A stretch of DNA of 64,000 nt. Origin: Candidatus Anstonellaceae archaeon. Its GTDB lineage: Archaea; Micrarchaeota; Micrarchaeia; Anstonellales; Anstonellaceae. Shown here piece by piece: positions 57,527 to 64,000 of the stretch (position 1 is the first letter of the stretch; every line of letters starts with the position of its first letter). The notes below the pieces were generated by a model, which saw only the letters and a program-made list of their open reading frames with translations, did no database searches and was not told the origin of the DNA. The stretch spans positions 26,856 to 90,855 of the forward strand of contig JAWAEU010000003.1 in NCBI GenBank assembly GCA_038891055.1. Direction: 5' to 3'. Made by a program: the position numbers and the translations under genes.

Positions 57527-58591
57527 TTATGAAAGCTTTTGCAAATATATTGTTTGAGTAGGATAGGCAAACGAGATTTTTTCCTTTTTAAATTCCTCCA
57601 TCAATCTTATATTTATTCTCTCTTGTTTTGCCGCATATGTTGCATAACTATTTGATTTCACAAAGTAGGCTGTTTCAAAAATTAAAGCATAATCTCCAAA
57701 TTTCAAGAAATTCGTTCTATCTAATTCCAAGTCTTTATCTTCTTCAATAATCTTTTTTATAATCGAAGTAACTTTTTTTACTTTTTCTAATGGTGTGTTA
57801 TATGTTATTCCAATTTGAAAGATAACTCGTCGTTTTTCCATTCTTTTGTAGTTGTTTATTTTAGATTCCGTCAAAACTTTATTTGAAATTATTATCTCTT
57901 CACCCTGTAGAGATGTTAGCCTAGTAGATTTTATTCCAATCTTTTTTACTATTCCACTATCTTGTCCAATCACTATAAAATCGCCTACTCTAAATGGCTT
58001 GTCAAAGTATATTGAAAAAGAAGCAAAAATATCTGCTAATATATTTTGTAGGGCAAATGCAATTGCAATACCTCCAATGGAAGCTCCTGCTAACAGAGGC
58101 CAAACATCAATACCTAAATTAGATAAAACAAACAATATTGCAATTATCCACAAAGCATATTTTACTACTTGTGCCCCTATGTGTATAATCTCTTCAGTAT
58201 CTTTTTCTCCTTCTCTTTTATTTTTCTCAACTAATTCTTCTGAAAAAAAATCAATAAATATTTGACTAATGCGCACTCCATAATATGTCAGAATAATTAG
58301 AAATATCCTATCCACCATCCACAAAATCTCTTTGTCTAATTCTAAAAAGTAGTGAGTAGTTAAATAAAGTGAAAATCCAAAATAGAACCAAAAACCTATT
58401 TTTTCTAAGGCATATACCAAATGGTCATCGAATTTATTGGAAGTTTTTTGAGCAATTATTTTCAAGTATTTCAGAAATATTGCCTTAGCAATCCTCGTGA
58501 TAAAAATTATTCCTAAAAAAATTACAAAAGCCTCAATATATATTAAATAAGAAATTAGTCCATAATTCTCTAAAATTCTATCCAAAAACAT
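57527..58591 (-). CDS. MscS-family mechanosensitive channel
   Basis: 354 aa. TM helices then the MscS beta-domain signature FRVGDFIVIGQDSGIVKKIGIKSTRLTSLQGEEIIISN. Confidence 0.8.
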   Translation of the reverse strand: MFLDRILENYGLISYLIYIEAFVIFLGIIFITRIAKAIFLKYLKIIAQKTSNKFDDHLVYALEKIGFWFYFGFSLYLTTHYFLELDKEILWMVDRIFLIILTYYGVRISQIFIDFFSEELVEKNKREGEKDTEEIIHIGAQVVKYALWIIAILFVLSNLGIDVWPLLAGASIGGIAIAFALQNILADIFASFSIYFDKPFRVGDFIVIGQDSGIVKKIGIKSTRLTSLQGEEIIISNKVLTESKINNYKRMEKRRVIFQIGITYNTPLEKVKKVTSIIKKIIEEDKDLELDRTNFLKFGDYALIFETAYFVKSNSYATYAAKQERINIRLMEEFKKEKISFAYPTQTIYLQKLS

Positions 58592-58663
58592 TTCTACACC
58601 TATAAATTTTATATTCTTTATTAAATAAATAATATTTACTAAAATTATAAAAAAATAACTTTT

Positions 58664-58734
58664 GCCAGGTTGGCAGAGTGGCTATGCGTCCGCCTGCAGA
58701 GCGGAGTAGGGGGGTTCGATTCCCTCACCTGGCT
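58664..58734 (+). tRNA. tRNA-Cys(GCA)
   Basis: Acceptor GCCAGGT/ACCTGGC, anticodon stem TCCGC/GCGGA with loop CTGCAGA, T-loop TTCGATT. Confidence 0.8.
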
Positions 58735-58750
58735 TTGTTTTAATTTCATT

Positions 58751-59425
58751 CTATATATCAAACTGTTTTCTGAGTTTTTTTATTATTTCTGCAGCGTCTT
58801 TTTGGCCCCCTAGTCCAAAAGCTATTGCAAATGCAAATGCAACTCCATATACTATTGCTTGAATAATTGAGAGAAGTATTTGGTTTATAATTGTAGTTTT
58901 AAAGCCTATGGTTTCAAGAGCTACCAAAACCCCTACTAAAACTACAAATCCCTTTAGAGCAGAGGCAAGAGTTTTTTGTCCATAAAATTTATTAAGGTCT
59001 AAAATAGATTCTTTTATCCATTCTCCAACTATTGCACAGAGAATGATAAATAAAATTGCACCAAAAATTATTGGTATATAAAATGTCAAGAAATTCAAAA
59101 ATATTTGTAATTGTGGCAAATTAAGAACTTCTAAACCAATTATAAAGAAAAATATCATTAAGTACCATTTAAATAATTTGATAAATATGGGTGTAATTTT
59201 ATTTCCCCCTATAGCATCCTCTATTTTATATTTTTGAAAAACCTCTTCAACTTTTAGATATTCTATTATTCTTTTTAATATATTTGCAAGGATAGTACTC
59301 ACAAAATACCCAATTAAGATAATAACCAAGGCTATTATTATATTTGGTATATAAGCTATTGTTTCATAAGTAAACTTATTTAATGAATAAAACATCGTTT
59401 GTATAATTTTTTCTATATCTATCAT
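58751..59425 (-). CDS. membrane protein with conserved-TM-helix repeats (MscS-associated TM_helix-like)
   Basis: 224 aa with four to five TM segments. Confidence 0.45.
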   Translation of the reverse strand: MIDIEKIIQTMFYSLNKFTYETIAYIPNIIIALVIILIGYFVSTILANILKRIIEYLKVEEVFQKYKIEDAIGGNKITPIFIKLFKWYLMIFFFIIGLEVLNLPQLQIFLNFLTFYIPIIFGAILFIILCAIVGEWIKESILDLNKFYGQKTLASALKGFVVLVGVLVALETIGFKTTIINQILLSIIQAIVYGVAFAFAIAFGLGGQKDAAEIIKKLRKQFDI

Positions 59426-59516
59426 ATATCTTCACCAATTTTATTTATCAATTATTATTTAAAATCTTTCTATTAAAGCAAAAAGTATTTAATAATAAAC
59501 AATTCTATCCTTTTAT

Positions 59517-60695
59517 ATGGCTATAAAAATTTTTGTGGATACTCAAGCAAAAAAAATTTATTGTTCTGATCCTTCTTCAATTTCAATTTTGCAGAAAGGT
59601 TTTTTTGGAAAAATAGAAAATAAAAAAATAATCCTCAGCACAATAGAGGCTCTATATTTGATGGATGTGAGAAATGCAGTATGTATAGATGAAAAAACTA
59701 ACAAAGAATTAGATTTTAATTTTTTTTTGAAAAATTTTTTGGAGAAGAGGGACTTAATAAAATATTTTACTTATTGTGCATGGAGAGAGCGAGGTTTAAT
59801 TGCCCGTGATATAAAATTTGAAAATTTAAAAAATTATAAAAAAAGCCCAGTTATCCGCTATGAAGGAAAAAGCATGTCAATTAAAAAATTAGATTGTTCT
59901 GCCTATTTTGATGCCAACAGTTTAATTTCAATTTTAACTGATTTAAAAGAAGCAAAAAAACTTTACTTCACTTACTGGTTTGGTCAATATGGCTTATACA
60001 AATCTGAAGAAAAAGGTTCAATAATGAAGCTTGATATTTTTGAAACAATTTTTTTAGCAAAACATTTTGGATTAAAATTAGAAAATTTCTCTTTAGATGA
60101 GGTATTTAAATTAGCTCAATCAAAAATTCCAGATTTTGAAAAGTTCTATCAAGTTTATGAAGACTGGAGATTAAATGGATTTATATTAAAAACAGGTTTT
60201 AAATTTGGAACTCACTTTAGAGTTTATTTTCCAAATTTTTTACCCAATAATTCAAACAATTTACAACATAGCAAACATGTTTTAGAAATATTCTCAAAGT
60301 CAAGCAGTCAAATTATTTATAAATGGGCAAGAGCAATTAGAGTTGCTCATTCTGTAAAGAAAACTTTCATTTTAGCAATTGAAGGACAAAAAAAGGATAT
60401 AAAACAATTTTCAAAGCCAAAGTACACTCATTTTGTTTTATATTCTCGAAAAGAGGGCGGAATCTGTAAGCCAAATTCTGATGAACCCTCTTATTTGATG
60501 CTGAGCTTATCTGAGCTAGATTATATATCGGCAAAATCTTTGGCAGCTGCAATTGAAGAGTGCAAATCATATGGTTTGGGGTTGGTATTAGCAATAGCAG
60601 ATAGAGAATCTTCCACTACCTTCTATTTAGTTAACAGAATAAATATACCTCAGTCAAAATACGAATACTATCAATTAGAATGGTTCTTACCCTAG
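59517..60695 (+). CDS. endA: tRNA-splicing endonuclease EndA, large multi-unit form
   Basis: 392 aa. Catalytic unit GFKFGTHFRVY plus HSKHVLEI (Tyr/His/Lys-type). An N-terminal degenerate copy (YFTYCAWRERGLIARDIKF) and a further ~90-aa C-terminal unit. Confidence 0.7.
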   Translation: MAIKIFVDTQAKKIYCSDPSSISILQKGFFGKIENKKIILSTIEALYLMDVRNAVCIDEKTNKELDFNFFLKNFLEKRDLIKYFTYCAWRERGLIARDIKFENLKNYKKSPVIRYEGKSMSIKKLDCSAYFDANSLISILTDLKEAKKLYFTYWFGQYGLYKSEEKGSIMKLDIFETIFLAKHFGLKLENFSLDEVFKLAQSKIPDFEKFYQVYEDWRLNGFILKTGFKFGTHFRVYFPNFLPNNSNNLQHSKHVLEIFSKSSSQIIYKWARAIRVAHSVKKTFILAIEGQKKDIKQFSKPKYTHFVLYSRKEGGICKPNSDEPSYLMLSLSELDYISAKSLAAAIEECKSYGLGLVLAIADRESSTTFYLVNRINIPQSKYEYYQLEWFLP

Positions 60696-61601
60696 AGCCT
60701 CTAGCATCTTTTGTATAATTTCTTTGTTTCCTACATAAAAAGGCGTTCTTTGATCTATTTCACTCACTTCTTTTTTCAATATAGGTTCTTTTCCATCTAC
60801 AGCACTTCCTGAAGCATTCTCTGCTATAAATGCAACTGGATTGCATTCATAGGTAAGTCGCAATTTTCCTTGTGGTGATTTTTTTGTTGACGGGTAAGCA
60901 AAAAATCCACCGCGATGTAAAATCTGAGAGAAATCTCCAACTAAAGAGCCACAATATCTTACCTTTAATTTTTCCACCCTAAACAAGCCTTTTGCAAATT
61001 TTAAAAATTTCTCGTCCCATTCTGTAGGTTGTCCTCCAATTCCAAAAACCTCTCCTGGTTGTGGAAATTTCAAATTCTCATTTAATAAAAAAAATTCAGC
61101 TCTATCGTACTCGTCATAATGTTTTACAAATTCGTGTGTCCCTTTTCCACAAGAATATATCAATAAATTTACTGGCCCGTAGACTTTTATTGCAGCTAAT
61201 TTTAGATTTTCTCCTTTTTGTGGCAGCTTTTTATCATATACCCCCAATATTATTCCAAAGACATTATTTGCTACTATGTTTGAAGAGCCATCCAGTGGAT
61301 CTAAAGTAACATAATATTTTCCTTCCGTATTTACCACATATGGCTTTTCTAACTCTTCGCTATAAATCGTGTTTATTTCATTTACTTTTGAGAGATGTTC
61401 TACTAAAGAGTCATTGGCCCATTTATCTAATTTTGCAACTATTTCGCCATATTTGTTTGGATTATTCTCTACTCCCTTTAGATATTTTGGAAAATTGTCT
61501 TGCATTCTGAGTGAATGAAATGCAAACTTTAAAAAAATATTTTTTAATTGTGGCTCAATTTTTTCTTTTTCTAAAAATTCTTGCAAGTTTTGCTCATCCA
61601 T
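60687..61601 (-). CDS. fbp: fructose-1,6-bisphosphatase, class I
   Basis: 304 aa with the class I signatures DPLDGSSNI and [21 protein letters not shown]. Confidence 0.75.
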   Translation of the reverse strand: [304 protein letters not shown]

Positions 61602-61610
61602 TTTTTCCCC

Positions 61611-62375
61611 CTAGTCTGAAAATATGATCTTTTTTAATTCTTCAGCAATTTTTAGTGGCTGGGGATGTTGCCAGACATTTCTTCCTACAGCAAACCCAAC
61701 CGCTCCTGCACTCATCACTTCTTTTGCTTTTGCTAAAAATTCCTCGTCTGTTTGTTTAGAGCCTCCAGCAGAAATGACCTTGCATTTTTGAGCTGCTTGT
61801 ACTACATACCTAAAGCTTTCTACAGAGCCAGTATAATTCACTTTTACAATGTCTGCTCCAAGTTCTAGGGCGCATCTTGCAGCATATGCAACTACAGCTT
61901 TATCTTTTTCATTTTGCACGTATTTTCCTCTTGGATATGCCCACACAATTGTAGGAATACCATATTCTTCACACTCTGCCCTTATCATTCCAAATTCATG
62001 AAACATTCTTGCTTCATTTGGAGATCCAACATAGATTGTATATCCAATAGCATCAGCCCCTAATTTTATTGCTTCTTTTACTGTTGCCAAAGGAGCAGAA
62101 TAAGCTTCATCTTTTGGCACGATATTTGTTTTTCCGTTTAGTTTTAGTATTAGTGGTATTTGCCCAGCATAATTTTCTAAATATTTATAAGCAATTCCTT
62201 TTTGGATAGCAATTCCAGTAAATCCCCCCTTTACAGCTATATCCAAAACATAATCTGGATTGATGTTTTTTTCATCAAAGTCAGTAGGACCATGTTCTAT
62301 TCCTTGGTCCATAGCAAGCAACATAACTTTTCCATTTCTCATAATTCTAGAAAGTCTTGTTTTGTGTCCAGCCAT
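61611..62375 (-). CDS. fba: class I fructose-bisphosphate aldolase (archaeal DhnA type)
   Basis: 254 aa. GKVMLLAMDQGIEHGP and the Schiff-base Lys region (IVKVNYTG). Confidence 0.8.
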   Translation of the reverse strand: MAGHKTRLSRIMRNGKVMLLAMDQGIEHGPTDFDEKNINPDYVLDIAVKGGFTGIAIQKGIAYKYLENYAGQIPLILKLNGKTNIVPKDEAYSAPLATVKEAIKLGADAIGYTIYVGSPNEARMFHEFGMIRAECEEYGIPTIVWAYPRGKYVQNEKDKAVVAYAARCALELGADIVKVNYTGSVESFRYVVQAAQKCKVISAGGSKQTDEEFLAKAKEVMSAGAVGFAVGRNVWQHPQPLKIAEELKKIIFSD

Positions 62376-62454
62376 ATTCTCTCACCCTAAAATTTATTTT
62401 AACATTAATATTTTTTAATTTAAACTTCCAAATTATTATACCTTTAATAATTTT

Positions 62455-62528
62455 GCGATTGTAGTCTAACCTGGTTAGGACACGAGATTGCCAATCTCGG
62501 AATCCGGGTTCAAATCCCGGCAATCGCA
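62455..62528 (+). tRNA. tRNA-Gly(GCC)
   Basis: Acceptor GCGATTG/CAATCGC, anticodon stem CGAGA/TCTCG with loop TTGCCAA, T-arm CCGGG-TTCAAAT-CCCGG. Confidence 0.85.
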
Positions 62529-62588
62529 CTTTTTTATTTTTTGTCGACTTTTAGGATTTTAAATTTGTTTCACTATTATTTTTTATAT

Positions 62589-62662
62589 GCCCCCATAGTT
62601 CAACTTGGACAGAATGCGGGCTTGCGGAGCCTGAGGTCTGGGTTCAAATCCCGGTGGGGGCG
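62589..62662 (+). tRNA. tRNA-Arg(GCG)
   Basis: Acceptor GCCCCCA/TGGGGGC, anticodon stem CGGGC/GCCTG with loop TTGCGGA, T-loop TTCAAAT. Confidence 0.8.
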
Positions 62663-62664
62663 AA

Positions 62665-63897
62665 TTAATTTTCTAAAAGTAAATCTATTTCTTTTTTGTA
62701 TTTTTCTATTTTCTTAGGGTCTAAAAAAATTTTGTGTGGAGAATCACTTAGACTATAAAATTCAATATTAGTGGGTCTATCAAGACCACTTATTTTAGAA
62801 AGCAAATAAGCTCTAATTTCAATCATGGCAGGATAATCATCTTCCTCTAAATTTAATTTATTTGAAATAAGAACAGTTAGATAGTTTAGCTCTTTTTTTA
62901 CTTCTGCTCTAAAATAAAATTTATTGTCCTCTATAAACTTCTCTTTAAGGTCCGAATACTTCTTAGAAATTTCTTCTTTTAAATCATCCCTTTTATTAGC
63001 TAGCTCTTCTTTTAAATTTCTAAATTCTATGGCATTCTCTATGGTAAATGACAAATAGGAAGAGGGATCAATTTTAGCTATTTCAAGAAATTTTTCTAAT
63101 TTTTCTTTTTCATGTTCTTTTGAAATAGCAAAGCAAATAAGTTCAATTAATGATTTTGGTATTAATTTTTCAACTTCAACTCCATAAACTTCGGCTAATT
63201 TATAAAAAATAGAAATAATTTTTCCCTCAAAATATTCCTTTATAAAATCCTCTATGCCTAAAGAGATTTTAGAAGAAATTAATTTTAATAATTCTTTATA
63301 TTGGGGGTATTCCAGTTCAAGACGACCCAAAATCTTTTTTAAATCCAACCCAATTTTGTGAAAAAATTCTTTATTTTCTTTTACAATATTTTCAGCTTCT
63401 AAAGAAGCACTCGCCTCCAAAATCCAAAAATTATTCAAAATCAAATCATTGAATTCACCATCTGCTGCAATTTCTTTTCTAAAGCTATTTTGCTTATAGT
63501 ATTCTATTTTGCTTTGTTGTATATGATGCACCAATTCATGAATAAGGACAGCAACAAGTTCTTCTTTATTTAGTAGTGGTTTGGAGAGATCTATATCTAA
63601 TCTAATTTCATAAATTCCTAAAAAACTTTCATCTGGCAGGGCCCTATAAACACCACTTATCTTTTCCCCCACATCCATAGTAGAATCGTAATTATTTGTT
63701 AAAACAAAAGTTAGATTCCATTTAGATAAATCAACATTATATCTTTTTTCAATAATTTTTAAAATCTGCGGTATGTTTTTTTGAAGAAAGTTTATCGTTT
63801 GTTGTAGTTTCTTTTCTTCTTGAGCAGCAATTGTTTGCGTTTCAGTTTTAATAACAAAATTTTTTTGTGGATTTTTCTCTTCAACTTCCATATACAT
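62665..63897 (-). CDS. hypothetical protein with HExxH motif (possible Zn-metallopeptidase-like)
   Basis: 410 aa; IHELVHHIQQ is the only recognisable motif. Confidence 0.45.
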   Translation of the reverse strand: MYMEVEEKNPQKNFVIKTETQTIAAQEEKKLQQTINFLQKNIPQILKIIEKRYNVDLSKWNLTFVLTNNYDSTMDVGEKISGVYRALPDESFLGIYEIRLDIDLSKPLLNKEELVAVLIHELVHHIQQSKIEYYKQNSFRKEIAADGEFNDLILNNFWILEASASLEAENIVKENKEFFHKIGLDLKKILGRLELEYPQYKELLKLISSKISLGIEDFIKEYFEGKIISIFYKLAEVYGVEVEKLIPKSLIELICFAISKEHEKEKLEKFLEIAKIDPSSYLSFTIENAIEFRNLKEELANKRDDLKEEISKKYSDLKEKFIEDNKFYFRAEVKKELNYLTVLISNKLNLEEDDYPAMIEIRAYLLSKISGLDRPTNIEFYSLSDSPHKIFLDPKKIEKYKKEIDLLLEN

Positions 63898-63899
63898 TT

Positions 63900-64000
63900 T
63901 TATACCTTTGTTTTTAGATATTGCTCTGCACTATATGCAGCCATCACTCCTTGAGCTGCAGAAATTACTGCTTGTTTAAATTCAACATCAGTACAATCTC
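63900..64000 (-). CDS. 3' end of an unidentified CDS continuing beyond the window
   Basis: Open frame on the reverse strand ending ...DCTDVEFKQAVISAAQGVMAAYSAEQYLKTKV* with its stop at 63900-63902. N-terminus lies outside the window. Confidence 0.3.
   Translation of the reverse strand, partial: DCTDVEFKQAVISAAQGVMAAYSAEQYLKTKV

Noticed and set aside
62347-62529. 60-aa minus-strand ORF overlapping tRNA-Gly
   Set aside because: It overlaps a well-folded tRNA and the aldolase gene end; almost certainly non-coding.
1-64000. Mobile elements, prophage, rRNA
   Set aside because: No transposase, integrase, terminal inverted repeats, phage structural genes or rRNA-like GC-rich conserved blocks were seen. 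GC-rich islands all resolved into tRNAs or the candidate structured RNA at 40855.

Overview
This 64-kb window is a densely coding (~90%) stretch of a low-GC (~30%) archaeal chromosome. Archaeal hallmarks include the thermosome, GatDE, aIF5A, eS24/eS31, aEF-1beta, proteasome beta, aCPSF1/FttA, Kae1, tRNA-splicing endonuclease EndA, a class-III-signal pilin and GGTGA-type ribosome-binding sites. I call ~70 CDS and 7 tRNAs. One of these, tRNA-Arg(TCT), appears to carry an ~18-nt intron.

Recognisable housekeeping modules:
- pyrimidine biosynthesis (pyrD, pyrK, pyrC)
- the archaeal mevalonate entry trio (HMG-CoA synthase, thiolase, DUF35)
- GatD/GatE
- an ArsR / thioredoxin / DUF318 permease / thioredoxin-CcdA redox cluster
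- Kae1 and PurM
- proteasome beta, aCPSF1 and MetRS
- class I FBPase plus class I FBP aldolase
- two geranylgeranyl-reductase paralogs
- ribosomal proteins uL11, eS24 and eS31, plus aIF5A and aEF1B

I found no rRNA, CRISPR array, transposase or integrase.

Items worth a second look:
- an ATP-cone + Mrr-like PD-(D/E)xK nuclease + HhH fusion
- a LonB-derived AAA+ ATPase that lacks the protease domain and carries a Cys4 Zn-ribbon where LonB has its membrane anchor
- a large (392 aa), possibly three-unit EndA, together with the intron-containing tRNA
- an RHH protein translationally coupled to a DNA methyltransferase with permuted motif order, next to a divergent hypothetical gene
- orphan HerA-like and Rad50-like ATPases with no Mre11 or NurA nearby
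- a ~140-nt intergenic region closed by a perfect 16-bp long-range stem (candidate structured RNA)
- a degenerate kinase-like protein
- a 43-bp tandem duplication in a promoter region
- several large beta-propeller/NHL surface proteins

Gene content and style (small proteins, N/K-rich hypotheticals, surface propellers, EndA architecture) would fit a small-genome, possibly DPANN-like, archaeon. That is inference only.
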